64,000 bases of DNA from Bacteroidales bacterium (GCA_015488735.1 WFNG01000055.1:6185-70184), one strand, 5' to 3'; positions 28,175-38,321 are shown, counted from the first letter of the stretch. Notes: generated by a model from the sequence alone, not told the origin. Numbers and translations: made by a program.

Positions 28175-30475
28175 CTACTTCGTATTATTGACAAAATCTC
28201 TTTGGGCTTTAAACAAGTTTATAGCTTGCAACAAAAGGTTCTTACTTTCGTCCAGCAAATTTAAGAATAAAATACTGTTCCTTGTTCCTACTTCTTTCTT
28301 TTTAATTCTTTGAATTTGATTTTTTCTATATACCGATATGTGTTTCAGTCCTTTGGCTTGTTCTTCCAGCAATTTTTCCTGTGAAGAATAATCTGCCTTA
28401 ACAATACTGGTCAGGGTAATTTTCAGAACAGTTTCAATATGCATTGCGAGATGTTTAAGTTCTTCAATTTGTTCGGGAACAAGTGGTTTATGATTATTAT
28501 CCACATGTACAAGGGCGGCACCTGAAAAGAAAGAGATGCTGTGTACCATCTCACGCATGTAGTCCATTGCCTGAACCAGAAACGAACCGGAATCAATGGT
28601 CATTTCATCGAGGCGTTCTATCACAATATTAATGTGGTCTTTGATGTATTTGGTCCTGACAGCCATTTCATCAATTTCTTTTTTGACCTTTCTCAAACTT
28701 TTTACCTTTTCATTTTCAAGGCCATCAATAGTGTGGCGGTATTCGCGGATAACCTTTTTAAGATTGCCGGCTACAAGTGTGAGGAAACGTTCTGAGACAT
28801 TTTCTTCGGTAACACCGTAAACTTCTTGGTCAATTTCATTGGTTCGATCAACCTTTTTCCCATGAGAAACAGAAGTACGATACATTACATAAAACACTAA
28901 TAGTGAGACAACAAAAATACTAATAAACCCTAAATGGGCGAACACGGTAACCAGAATAAATGCAATGGTAAAAGCGGTTAAAGCGGTTAAAAACCAGCCG
29001 CCAATTACGGAGAATACACCGGAAATACGATAAACGGCACTTTCCCTATTCCAGGCACGGTCTGAAAGTGAAGCTCCCATAGCTACCATAAAAGTGACAT
29101 AAGTTGTAGAAAGTGGAAGCCTTAATGAAGTTGCAAAAGCAATTAACACACTGGATACTACCAGGGTAACCGATGCTCTGACTAAGTCAAAGGCAGGAAC
29201 ATCTGATTTAGGTACATCTTTCTCATTATAGGGGGTAAATTGTCTTTCAATAGCGTTGGTTAAAAAAACAGGAGTTATTTTATTTAAACTTTTAGATATA
29301 TTTATAGAAGAACGTACCAATAATTTAGAAACCATAAAAGGTTTAAAACGTTCGTCTCCGGTATCCTGCCGGCTTAAATCTACGGATGTCTTAATAACCG
29401 ATTTGGCCTTTTTAGATAAATAAAGTGTAAAAACCATAATAACGCCTGCAACAAGTAAAAATGAGACAGGAGTAGGAACTTTTCCGTTAAGCCCAATCAT
29501 TCCAAGTGCGTCTGGGGAAATGTGTGGGTGTTTTAAAAAAATTAAGAAAGCATCATATCCTGCAATAGGAACACCGATAAAATTGACGAGGTCATTACCT
29601 CCCCAAGCCATAGCCAGCGCAAAGGTCCCTCCTAAAACGATTGTTTTTAAAATATTTAAATTAAAAATCCAATTAAGGAACTGAAGCAAAATAGTCCATC
29701 CCAGAAAACTGTATAACATGATGAGACCTGAATGGCCGGCTATCCATATTCTGGTATCAGGTGAAATAAAAGTTGCATGGCTGGCCCCTTTTAACAGGAT
29801 AAAATAGGTGATGGTACTAAATGAAATCCCGCCCCAAAGGCTGCCAAACCATTTAATTCTTGATTTGTAATTAAAAGAAAAAACAATGCGTACAATATAT
29901 TGAATAATAGCGCCTGCTACAAATGCTACAGCAACAGAAATCAGAATTCCGGAAATTATAGCAAGGGCTTTTTCCGAATTGATAAAGGATCCCAGATTAA
30001 TTTTCTGATTTATGTTAGAAATGATATGGCCTGAAACAAGGTATTCTTTAAATGAATGCATGGCTTCCGGAGAAACAGAGAGTTTGTAAATGGACATCCC
30101 TACTGCTGCACCTAATAAGTCGAAAACAATGGAAACCGTAGTGGAAGTGGGCATTCCAAAAGTATTGAAAATATCTAGCAATATGATATCCGAAAGCATG
30201 ACGGAAACAAAAATCACCATAATTTCGGAAAAGTAAAACATTTGGGGATGAAAAATTCCTTTTCGTGCCACTTCCATCATCCCGCTTGAGAAAAGTACGC
30301 CAAAAAAAAGGCCGATGGCGGCAGTGACAATAATTATCTTAAATGATGAAACTTTAGATCCGACTGCCGAGTTTAAAAAATTAACAGCGTCGTTGCTAAC
30401 TCCCACTATCAAATCAAAAGCAGCAAGTAAAATTAATAGGCCTATCAATCCTGCATAAATATAAAATGTATCCAT
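28175..30475 (-). CDS. PiT-family inorganic phosphate transporter with C-terminal PhoU-like helical domain
   Basis: GVSNDAVN and GGNDLVNFIG signatures, GMPTSTT, LPLSTTYV, ~220-aa soluble helical tail. Confidence 0.88.
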   Translation of the reverse strand: MDTFYIYAGLIGLLILLAAFDLIVGVSNDAVNFLNSAVGSKVSSFKIIIVTAAIGLFFGVLFSSGMMEVARKGIFHPQMFYFSEIMVIFVSVMLSDIILLDIFNTFGMPTSTTVSIVFDLLGAAVGMSIYKLSVSPEAMHSFKEYLVSGHIISNINQKINLGSFINSEKALAIISGILISVAVAFVAGAIIQYIVRIVFSFNYKSRIKWFGSLWGGISFSTITYFILLKGASHATFISPDTRIWIAGHSGLIMLYSFLGWTILLQFLNWIFNLNILKTIVLGGTFALAMAWGGNDLVNFIGVPIAGYDAFLIFLKHPHISPDALGMIGLNGKVPTPVSFLLVAGVIMVFTLYLSKKAKSVIKTSVDLSRQDTGDERFKPFMVSKLLVRSSINISKSLNKITPVFLTNAIERQFTPYNEKDVPKSDVPAFDLVRASVTLVVSSVLIAFATSLRLPLSTTYVTFMVAMGASLSDRAWNRESAVYRISGVFSVIGGWFLTALTAFTIAFILVTVFAHLGFISIFVVSLLVFYVMYRTSVSHGKKVDRTNEIDQEVYGVTEENVSERFLTLVAGNLKKVIREYRHTIDGLENEKVKSLRKVKKEIDEMAVRTKYIKDHINIVIERLDEMTIDSGSFLVQAMDYMREMVHSISFFSGAALVHVDNNHKPLVPEQIEELKHLAMHIETVLKITLTSIVKADYSSQEKLLEEQAKGLKHISVYRKNQIQRIKKKEVGTRNSILFLNLLDESKNLLLQAINLFKAQRDFVNNTK

Positions 30476-30638
30476 ATCAATAATTGTTATTTCATTTAGG
30501 CCACAAAATTAAGAGATAACCATTTCCTGATACTGCTTTTCATGTTAAGTAATTATTAATTATTGTTTTATCGTGTCTCGTATGTTATTTGTTATCAGGG
30601 AGTTATTTACTAAGGCCATTTCGTATAAATAAATTTTC

Positions 30639-31847
30639 TTAAATCCTAACATCCAGTGCATCGCGCAGGCTGTTGCCCAATGTCATAAACGCCAACACCA
30701 GAATGACAATGGCAACACCGGGAATAATGGCGAGATAGGCAGAATCAAGAACAATGAAACTGTAGTACTCTTTGATCATGTTTCCCCAGGAAGGGGTAGG
30801 AGGCTGAACACCAATCCCCAAAAAACTTAGTCCTGCTTCGATGAGAATAGCTGCGGCGAAATTAGCAGCCGAAATCACGATAACCGGACTCAGAATATTG
30901 GGAAGGATATGCCGCATCATAATCCTGAAGTTGGAATAGCCCAGGGCAAAACCTGCTTCCACGTATTCTTTTTCGCGGACACTCATCATTTGGCCGCGCA
31001 CCACACGCGCCACTTCCACCCACATAGTAAGACCGACGGCAATAAAAATCTGCCAGAATCCTTTTCCCAGTGCAAAGGTTATGGCAATTACCAGTAATAA
31101 TGTGGGAATGGACCATACCACATTGATAAACCACATGATGAGTTCATCCACTTTCCCACGGTAAAAACCGGCCATGGAACCCAACAAAATACCCACGAGC
31201 AACGAGATAGCCACAGATATAAAACCTACTGAAAGACTAATGCGTGTTCCCAACAGCAGCCGGCTCAGCAAATCTCTTCCAAACTGGTCGGTTCCAAGCC
31301 AGAAAGTTTTGGATACCAAATTGTTTTGTAATACTTTCGTTTTTAACACTGTAAGGGAAATGGAATGCTTTTTCCCGGTCAATGAAGTATATTCTACATT
31401 GTTTCCAATAATTTTTTGTTTTCCTTTTACAGGAAAAAGGACATCGGATAAAGGGAAAGATTTGGTAAGTCCTTTGCCGTCTTCATCGAATACTTTAACG
31501 TTAATTTTACCGTTGCCGAAATGGTAGGCGGTAATGGGAACGTAAGTGTACTTATCTTTTGTGCCATCAAACATCTTTTGAAGAAAGTCTTCACCGGAAA
31601 GGATGTTATTTTTCCGGACTTTCAGCAGCCTGACTTTAAAACCGGGTTTTTGTGTAGTGAGTTCCAGAATTTGCCTGTTGGCGTTGGGAGAGGCATCCGG
31701 AACAATCAGGTAGGCGAAGATACTTATCATAATGGTCAGTCCGATAACTGACAACGCAGCCATGCCCTGAATATTTTTCCTGAATTTTTTCCAGGCTAGG
31801 CGTGAAAGAGAGCCGGATGAATGAATTTTTTTCTTTTGCAGGAACAT
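30639..31847 (-). CDS. Peptide/nickel ABC transporter permease (OppC/DppC type)
   Basis: LGTDQFGRDLLSRL, EYVEAG.ALG, RHILPNI, EAGLSFLGIG. Start uncertain (31847 or 31868). Confidence 0.88.
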   Translation of the reverse strand: MFLQKKKIHSSGSLSRLAWKKFRKNIQGMAALSVIGLTIMISIFAYLIVPDASPNANRQILELTTQKPGFKVRLLKVRKNNILSGEDFLQKMFDGTKDKYTYVPITAYHFGNGKINVKVFDEDGKGLTKSFPLSDVLFPVKGKQKIIGNNVEYTSLTGKKHSISLTVLKTKVLQNNLVSKTFWLGTDQFGRDLLSRLLLGTRISLSVGFISVAISLLVGILLGSMAGFYRGKVDELIMWFINVVWSIPTLLLVIAITFALGKGFWQIFIAVGLTMWVEVARVVRGQMMSVREKEYVEAGFALGYSNFRIMMRHILPNILSPVIVISAANFAAAILIEAGLSFLGIGVQPPTPSWGNMIKEYYSFIVLDSAYLAIIPGVAIVILVLAFMTLGNSLRDALDVRI

Positions 31848-31958
31848 CGATTCAAAAGTAAAAAACAAAGTGATAGTTCAAACTTTTTTCGGGATTATTT
31901 CTGCTGTGGTTTTCTGCAAAAATATTTTCTGCTCACTTTGGGAAATTGAAAAATGTTG

Positions 31959-31966
31959 TATATTTG
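31959..31966 (+). promoter_or_regulatory. -7 promoter box for tRNA-His
   Basis: TATATTTG 12 nt before the tRNA. Confidence 0.65.
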
Positions 31967-31978
31967 CGCCCCTGAAAT

Positions 31979-32054
31979 GGTGGATGTAGCTCAGTTTGGT
32001 TAGAGCATCGGATTGTGGTTCCGAGGGTCGTGGGTTCAAGTCCCATCTTCCACC
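31979..32054 (+). tRNA. tRNA-His(GTG)
   Basis: G-1 plus GTGGATG acceptor, D arm GCTC/GAGC, anticodon arm TCGGA-TTGTGGT-TCCGA, T arm GTGGG-TTCAAGT-CCCAT, discriminator C; CCA not fully encoded. Confidence 0.95.
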
Positions 32055-32059
32055 CATTT

Positions 32060-32094
32060 AACAAAAAAGCCGGAAATTTTCCGGCTTTTTTGTT
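32060..32094 (+). terminator. Bidirectional intrinsic terminator after tRNA-His
   Basis: aacaaaaaagccggaa / ttccggcttttttgtt 16-bp perfect stem. Confidence 0.8.
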
Positions 32095-32179
32095 TCTCGA
32101 AGGCTCCTTCTGTAGAAATAAAAAAATCCCCAAAAGCTTTTGCCTTCGGAGATTTTGTGCTTTAAAGAACAGATGATTG

Positions 32180-32560
32180 TTATTCCGTCACTTCCACTAA
32201 CACTTCATCACTTTGCCATAATCCATGCTTGGTGCAAAAAGCCATGGCAGTAAGCTTCATGTTGCGGGTGGGGACAATATGGAAATCAACTTCCACATGG
32301 CCGGCCTGGTTACCCAATGCGCCGGGGACAAAAGTAGCCTGTGCCAGGTTGTTTTCACCGTTCCATAACTGAACCCAGGCAATATAATGGTCAAAATCGT
32401 CCGGATGGGGATATTCGTCACCCAATTTTACGGTAACTTTAAATTTTTCACCTTTTTTGGCTGTTTTCTCACAGTGAATAAAGGGAGAATGGCGGTCGAT
32501 GTAATCTTTTTTTGCTTCACGGTCGATGGTTGAAATATCGACATATCTGTTAATTTTCAT
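32180..32560 (-). CDS. Superoxide reductase/desulfoferrodoxin-family protein (single-iron, class II SORL type)
   Basis: DRHSP, HPDDFDHYI and CTKHGLW supply the 4His/1Cys centre; no desulforedoxin domain; own promoter box at 32593-32600. Confidence 0.85.
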   Translation of the reverse strand: MKINRYVDISTIDREAKKDYIDRHSPFIHCEKTAKKGEKFKVTVKLGDEYPHPDDFDHYIAWVQLWNGENNLAQATFVPGALGNQAGHVEVDFHIVPTRNMKLTAMAFCTKHGLWQSDEVLVEVTE

Positions 32561-32629
32561 AGTCCTATAATTTATATTGATTATTAATAACGCAAAAGTA
32601 TGAAAATTCAGGATGCAAATCCAAAAAGC

Positions 32630-33472
32630 TTAATCTTTTTTAACAAATTCACTAACGCTCTTAGATTTAGCTTCTTCTTTCTTTTCTCCACCATCGAGGC
32701 CCAGGTCGGCTGTGAGCTTTTGTTGCAACGTGGCCATTTCTATGTTGTGCCGGATATTTCCATGTGTACTATAAGAAATATGCCCGCTTTCTTCTGAAAC
32801 AATGATAGCAATAGCGTCCGAGTTTTCGGTTAAACCAATGGCTGCCCTGTGACGTAGTCCGGCATAACGCGGAAGCTTTTTTTTCGACACAGGAAGAACG
32901 CAACCTGCTGACTTAATTCTGTTTTTCGTTATAATCATGGCCCCATCGTGCAACGGGCTGTTTTTGAAGAAAATATTTTCAATTAGGGGGCTGGTGATTT
33001 CCGCATCTATAATAACACCGGTATTGACGACTTGCTGCAGCTCGTTTTGGCGTGTAATTACTATAAGTGCACCTTGTTTTATGTTGCTCATGTGTTGGCA
33101 GGCTACTACAACCGGGTCGATATCTGTTTCAAAAGCTGTTTTAAACCAATGAGACAGGAATACAAAGCGTTTGCCGTACTTTCCCAAAAAAGTCGGGGTG
33201 CCGAGTGCCAGCAGAAACTGCCGTATTTCCGGCTGAAATATGATAATCAGAGCAATGATTCCTACACTTATGAATGCGCCAAGAATATCTGAAAGCAATT
33301 GCATTTTAAGTGCATCTGTGATTTTCCATAAAATAAAAATGGCAACGATACCAATAAATATATTTATGGCTGCCGTTCCTTTCAACAGTTTGTAGAGGGT
33401 AAACAGCAAGACGGCCACAAAAAAAATATCGAGCAGGTCAAGAATACGGATATGAATAAATAATGTAAGCAA
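32630..33472 (-). CDS. dacA: Diadenylate cyclase CdaA/DacA
   Basis: Three N-terminal TM segments, FQPEIR, SPLHDGA, GLRHRAA, VSEE. Probable TTG start at 33472; follows folP. Confidence 0.9.
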   Translation of the reverse strand: MLTLFIHIRILDLLDIFFVAVLLFTLYKLLKGTAAINIFIGIVAIFILWKITDALKMQLLSDILGAFISVGIIALIIIFQPEIRQFLLALGTPTFLGKYGKRFVFLSHWFKTAFETDIDPVVVACQHMSNIKQGALIVITRQNELQQVVNTGVIIDAEITSPLIENIFFKNSPLHDGAMIITKNRIKSAGCVLPVSKKKLPRYAGLRHRAAIGLTENSDAIAIIVSEESGHISYSTHGNIRHNIEMATLQQKLTADLGLDGGEKKEEAKSKSVSEFVKKD

Positions 33473-33503
33473 GTCTGATGTTTTTTTAAAGGTAAAAATA
33501 ATA

Positions 33504-34379
33504 CTATTTGTGAAACCGGCCGGCCTTTTGGTAAAAATGAACAATATCAATGGCTTCGCGGGCTTCTTTCACATCATGTACACGTAACAGGTTGGCGCCG
33601 CCGAGCAAGGCCAGCGTGTTGAGTATCGTAGTGCCGTTCAGCGCTTCGGAAGGTCGGGTGCCGAGTACTTTGTTAATCATGGATTTTCGTGAGATACCGG
33701 CCAGCAGGGGGAGGCCACCGATGCGGGTGTTAGCCATGTTTTGTAAAAGCTCATAGTTACTTTCCAGTGTTTTCCCAAAGCCAAATCCCGGATCCAGTAT
33801 GATGTCTTCCACGCCAAGTGCCTGCAAAGCAGCAACTTTTTTCTCAAAAAAAGTACGGACGACAGAGACAATATTTTCCGAAAGGGGATGTAGCTGCATG
33901 TTTTCCGGCGTCCCGTGGATGTGCATGAGCACGTAAGGAACTTTTAAATCAGCAATAGTGGAGAACATGTTTTTATCAAAATTTCCGCCTGAAATGTCGT
34001 TGATTATCCGGGCACCGGCATTCACGCATTGCAGTGCTACGTCTGCATGATAAGTATCGATGGAAAAAATAGTTTCCGGAAATTCTGCAACCAGCTCTTT
34101 CAAAGGGGGCAACAACCGTTTCAGCTCCAGTTTAGGGCTAACCGGATTGGCTCCCGGCCGTGTGGAAACGGCTCCCATGTCAATGATGTCAGCTCCTTCT
34201 TCCAGCATTCTGCGGGTCTGTCTGACCCATTGCTCCTCGTTTTGGTATTTTCCCCCATCGTAAAAAGAATCAGGCGTCAGGTTTAGAATCCCCATGATTA
34301 CCGGTTTTGAGAATTCAAATAATTTTTCTCCCGTTCGAATGCTCCTGATTTTTGGAAAAGAAGTATCTTTATTGCCCAT
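33504..34379 (-). CDS. folP: Dihydropteroate synthase
   Basis: MGILNLTPDSFYDGG, STRPGA, SIDTY, INDISGG, DPGFGFGKT, SRKS, RVHDV. Start probably 34379. Confidence 0.95.
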   Translation of the reverse strand: MGNKDTSFPKIRSIRTGEKLFEFSKPVIMGILNLTPDSFYDGGKYQNEEQWVRQTRRMLEEGADIIDMGAVSTRPGANPVSPKLELKRLLPPLKELVAEFPETIFSIDTYHADVALQCVNAGARIINDISGGNFDKNMFSTIADLKVPYVLMHIHGTPENMQLHPLSENIVSVVRTFFEKKVAALQALGVEDIILDPGFGFGKTLESNYELLQNMANTRIGGLPLLAGISRKSMINKVLGTRPSEALNGTTILNTLALLGGANLLRVHDVKEAREAIDIVHFYQKAGRFHK

Positions 34380-34431
34380 TAATTTTTGCATTTTTGCAAT
34401 GCCAAAGGTACGGATAAATAGAACGTGATTC

Positions 34432-34986
34432 ATGAAAGATAACACAGCTCAGCAGTTTGAAACCATCATGCAGCAATGCATCACGGTTTTTGAAGATAAA
34501 ATGAAAGATTACGGCGTTGCCTGGCGGATTTTGCGTACGCCCAGCCTCACCGATCAGATTTATATCAAGGCTAATCGCATCCGGAGTATTCAGCAAAAGG
34601 GCGTACAGAAAGTGGACGAAGGTATTGCTCCTGAGTTTGTCGCTATTGTGAATTATTCGGTCATGGCACTGATTCAGCTGGAGCTTGGCGTGGCCGATGA
34701 GCCGGATATGGAAGATGAAGCAGCCATAACTCTTTTTAAGGAATATCTGACAAAGTCGCGTGATTTGATGCTGGACAAAAACCACGATTATGGCGAAGCC
34801 TGGCGAAATATGCGCATCTCGTCGCTGACGGATATTATCCTGATGAAACTTTTGCGTATCAAGCAAATTGAGAACAACAAGGGCAAAACGCTGGTCTCCG
34901 AAGGACTGGATGCCAATTATTACGATATCATCAACTATTCTGTGTTTGCACTGATAAAAATGTTACTTCAAGGTGAAAAGCAGTAA
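34432..34986 (+). CDS. DUF1599-domain protein (tandem repeat of the domain)
   Basis: KMKDYG.AWR and KNHDYGEAWR repeats. Confidence 0.9.
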   Translation: MKDNTAQQFETIMQQCITVFEDKMKDYGVAWRILRTPSLTDQIYIKANRIRSIQQKGVQKVDEGIAPEFVAIVNYSVMALIQLELGVADEPDMEDEAAITLFKEYLTKSRDLMLDKNHDYGEAWRNMRISSLTDIILMKLLRIKQIENNKGKTLVSEGLDANYYDIINYSVFALIKMLLQGEKQ

Positions 34987-36118
34987 ATCCGCAAATCTTC
35001 TGACACGTTTAATGCCTTTCATCCGCATTTTTCTCGGACTAATTTTCATTTTTTCGTCTGTGGTGAAAGGTGTTGACCCGGTGGGAACCTCTTACCGCGT
35101 GCAAGATTACCTGTTGGTTTACGGCTGGACATCGCTGGTGCCTTATGCCATGTGGATTGGGTTTCTTGTCATCGTTTCGGAGTTTTTGCTCGGTGTAGGT
35201 TTTCTTTTCAACATCTTTATCCGTACAGCTTCGCGGGTTATGTTTTTGATGCTGCTGTTTTTTCTCGCGGTTACCTGGCTCGATGCACGTTACAACATGG
35301 TTTCTGATTGCGGATGTTTTGGCGATGCCGTGAAGCTCACCAATTGGCAGACATTTTACAAAAATATTATTCTTATTTTTCTGAATATTCTTTTCCTGTG
35401 GGGAATGGGGAAAAGAAAACGCGGAAAGCCAAAGTTTTTACCGCAGATACTGGTGCTGGCTTTTCTCGGTGCGGGATTTATCGGGTTTATGCTTTATAAC
35501 CTGAACCATCTGCCGGTGATAGATTTCCGCAATTGGAAAACAGGCCGCGATATGACAACGGATACCACGTTGAAAGCCAAAACTTTCGTTACTTACCAAA
35601 ATAAAATAACCGGCAAGAAAAAGGAATTCCTGTTCCCCGATTATCCCTGGAAAGACAGCACCTGGAAGACACACTGGATTTTTGTTTCCCGGCGAACTGT
35701 GGCACCGGCAGTGGTTGCAAAATATAATCTGGTTGTTGAAGACAGCCTTGGTAACGACCGCACAAAAGCCATTGTTGAAAATCCCGGATTTCAGTTTATT
35801 CTTGTATCGTATGATATGAACAGGGCAGACCCCGGCGGGTTGAAGAAGGCTGCTGTTTTGTCCGGTTTTTTAAATAAAAAAGGAATTTCGATGGTGCTGT
35901 TTACAGCCACGGATTTAAAAACAGTAAGAACTATTGAAAAACAATACGGATTGAGAGTCCCTGTTTTCCAGGCAGATGAAACGGATTTGAAGGCAATGAT
36001 TCGATCCAACCCCGGATTGCTCCTGCTGCATCACGGGGTCATATTAAAAAAATGGCACTATCACGATTTCCCGGCCATCGGGCAAGTCAAAAAAGTTTTA
36101 ATTTCACCGGAACAATAG
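34973..36118 (+). CDS. DoxX/MauE-family membrane protein (BT_3928-like)
   Basis: KGVDP.G, DCGCFGDA, TF.KNI, IRSNPG. Confidence 0.88.
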   Translation: MKSSKSANLLTRLMPFIRIFLGLIFIFSSVVKGVDPVGTSYRVQDYLLVYGWTSLVPYAMWIGFLVIVSEFLLGVGFLFNIFIRTASRVMFLMLLFFLAVTWLDARYNMVSDCGCFGDAVKLTNWQTFYKNIILIFLNILFLWGMGKRKRGKPKFLPQILVLAFLGAGFIGFMLYNLNHLPVIDFRNWKTGRDMTTDTTLKAKTFVTYQNKITGKKKEFLFPDYPWKDSTWKTHWIFVSRRTVAPAVVAKYNLVVEDSLGNDRTKAIVENPGFQFILVSYDMNRADPGGLKKAAVLSGFLNKKGISMVLFTATDLKTVRTIEKQYGLRVPVFQADETDLKAMIRSNPGLLLLHHGVILKKWHYHDFPAIGQVKKVLISPEQ

Positions 36119-36122
36119 CATT

Positions 36123-37202
36123 ATGTTACACTACGTCATAAAACGGCTTTTTTACGGTATCCTCGTACTTTGGGGGGTGATAACGCTGGTGTTTATGCTG
36201 TTTAATATTCTCCCGGGCGATGCTTCGCGGATGCTGCTGGGGCAACGTGCAGACATCTCCTCGGTGGAAGCTATCCGGAAAGATCTTGGCCTTGATAAGC
36301 CACTTTATATACAATATTTCAATTTTCTCAATGATTTGTCGCCGGTTTCCCTGCATAATGCGGATAATCCAAAGAGTTACTGGTATCTAAACAGAAAAAA
36401 ATACCCGTCGGCTTTCGTTTTGCTTCGTATTGGCCATGATGTATTGGTATTGAAACCACCTTATTTACGGCAATCGTATCAAAGTAAGCGCGATGTAACG
36501 GCCATTATCGCGGAAGCTTTTCCCAAGACTTTTCTGCTTGCTACGGCAGCCATTGTTATGGCCATGTTTATTGGAATTCTGCTTGGCATCCCGGCTGCGC
36601 TGAACAAGGATAGTCCCTACGACCGGTTTATGATGGTTTTTTCTTCGCTGGGAATGTCGGTTCCTTCCTTTTTTGCGGCCATTCTCATCGCCTGGCTTTT
36701 TGGATTTGTGTGGGAAAAATATACGGGGCTGCCCATGTTCGGAAGCCTCTATTCGGTGGACAGCTATACCGGTGAAGTTTACCTGAGTTTACGTAATCTG
36801 ATACTCCCTGCCATCACACTCGGTATCCGCCCGCTCGCCATTGTTATCAGTCTGACACGCAGTGCCCTGCTGGAGGAATTGTCCAAAGACTACATCCGAA
36901 CGGCTTATGCCAAAGGGTTAAGTCCGGCACGTGTCATCTTCAAACATGCCATGCGCAATGCCCTTAACCCGGTGATTACGGCCATCACGGGATGGTTTGC
37001 TTCGCTGCTTGCGGGAGCGGTATTTGTGGAATATGTCTTTGACTGGAAAGGTATCGGACTGGTTATTGTGGATGCTTTGGAAAAGTATGATTTACCTGTC
37101 ATAATGGGCGTTGTGTTGTTTATTGCAGTTATCCTCATCGTTACCAACATCCTTGTGGACATTATTTACACGTTGCTTGACCCGCGGGTGAGATTGACTT
37201 AA
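36123..37202 (+). CDS. Peptide ABC transporter permease (OppB/DppB type)
   Basis: YVIKRL, LPGD, LGLDKPL..QY, DYIRTAYAKGL, LLDPRV. Confidence 0.9.
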   Translation: MLHYVIKRLFYGILVLWGVITLVFMLFNILPGDASRMLLGQRADISSVEAIRKDLGLDKPLYIQYFNFLNDLSPVSLHNADNPKSYWYLNRKKYPSAFVLLRIGHDVLVLKPPYLRQSYQSKRDVTAIIAEAFPKTFLLATAAIVMAMFIGILLGIPAALNKDSPYDRFMMVFSSLGMSVPSFFAAILIAWLFGFVWEKYTGLPMFGSLYSVDSYTGEVYLSLRNLILPAITLGIRPLAIVISLTRSALLEELSKDYIRTAYAKGLSPARVIFKHAMRNALNPVITAITGWFASLLAGAVFVEYVFDWKGIGLVIVDALEKYDLPVIMGVVLFIAVILIVTNILVDIIYTLLDPRVRLT

Positions 37203-37223
37203 CGTATTTTAAAAACGTTTTTC

Positions 37224-38117
37224 TTAACGGATTGCTTTCTCCGGATAAGAAATGATTTGAGATTTGTTCACATTTTTTACAGAAAAAATCAACTTTTTCT
37301 CATCTGCTGAAAGGTCAGGGGAGCAGAAGGGATAGTGTTCAGATTTTACTACTTTTAATCCTGTACCATCATTGATGATGCTGTACAGGTTAAAATGCCC
37401 TCCATCTTTGGATAGAAATAAAATCCGCCAGCTGTCAGGTGTCCAGCAGGCTCTTCCGGTTACGTTACTGACAAGAACTTTCTGTTTGTCGCCATACCAA
37501 TTCATGATTTTCAATCGGGATATTCCGTTATCTTCCCGAACTGTGAACACAATGCTTTTTCCATCCGGGGAAAAGACGGGAAAACTACAATTTCCCATTT
37601 CGTCGGTAAGACGGTTCAGGTTGTCATAAATAAAATCGTAAGTGAAAATCTGCCAGCGTTGTGTGCGGTCGTCAAAACCTGAAAAAGCCACAAGATGACG
37701 CGATGGTGTGAAGGAAGCCTCTTTACAGGCGATTTTCCGCCGTAGCAGGAGATGTGATTTCCTCGTTTTCAGGTCAAGGTAAAGAAGCCGGCTCTCCTTG
37801 TTATAACCTGTGTCATACACCACCGCATTTTTCTTCGGCACCCAGACAGGATGTTTCTCATTGACACTGCCCACCGTGAGTCGGTCAATTGAATCAGCAT
37901 TAGGATTGAGTAGATAAATGTGTGTATTCCCGTTTCTTTCTAACTGGAAAACGATGCTGCCATCCATTGACAAAGCAGGAAAAAGCAGGTTACCCGAAAA
38001 ATTTATTGGATGTAGCGTGTCATTTACATAGGGACTTTGTGCCCTAAGCATGACGGAGGTATTCAACAAAATGAAAATAACAGAAAAAAACAGCAGAAGC
38101 GTTTTGTTTTTGCACAT
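37224..38117 (-). CDS. TolB-like (PD40 repeat) periplasmic protein
   Basis: Repeats P..S.DG, HPVW.P, ASFTP, PVFSPDGK, WTPD. Start probably 38117 (ORF track 38174). Confidence 0.8.
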   Translation of the reverse strand: MCKNKTLLLFFSVIFILLNTSVMLRAQSPYVNDTLHPINFSGNLLFPALSMDGSIVFQLERNGNTHIYLLNPNADSIDRLTVGSVNEKHPVWVPKKNAVVYDTGYNKESRLLYLDLKTRKSHLLLRRKIACKEASFTPSRHLVAFSGFDDRTQRWQIFTYDFIYDNLNRLTDEMGNCSFPVFSPDGKSIVFTVREDNGISRLKIMNWYGDKQKVLVSNVTGRACWTPDSWRILFLSKDGGHFNLYSIINDGTGLKVVKSEHYPFCSPDLSADEKKLIFSVKNVNKSQIISYPEKAIR

Positions 38118-38249
38118 ATTTTCTAAGGCTTTAATAACGCGGTGTAAAAGTAGGGAAATAGCGGAAATATCCAATACAGGTTAATAGCCGTTCACAGAAA
38201 ATCAGAAAAGCCTAAAATACTATGTTCTAATATTTTAGGCTTTTAAAAG

Positions 38250-38321
38250 TGATCCCGCCGGGATTCGAACCCGAATCATCAGAACCGGAATCTGACATTC
38301 TATCCGTTGAACTACGGGACC
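38250..38321 (-). tRNA. tRNA-Arg(CCG)
   Basis: Reverse complement GGTCCCGTAGTTCAACGGATAGAATGTCAGATTCCGGTTCTGATGATTCGGGTTCGAATCCCGGCGGGATCA; anticodon CCG. Confidence 0.95.

Noticed and set aside
31979-32054. U6-U67 mismatch in the tRNA-His acceptor stem as a sign of a pseudo-tRNA
   Set aside because: All other arms, G-1/C73 identity, promoter and terminator are intact; single mismatches are tolerated.
31933-32133. ORF-track ORFs over tRNA-His (31933-32133) and tRNA-Arg (38235-38420)
   Set aside because: Shadow frames of tRNA sequence (GLEPTT, VVQRIE, RVRIP are typical tRNA translations).
32630-33472. c-di-AMP synthase in a Gram-negative organism as a novelty
   Set aside because: DacA is already described in Bacteroidales, and the folP-dacA arrangement looks ordinary.
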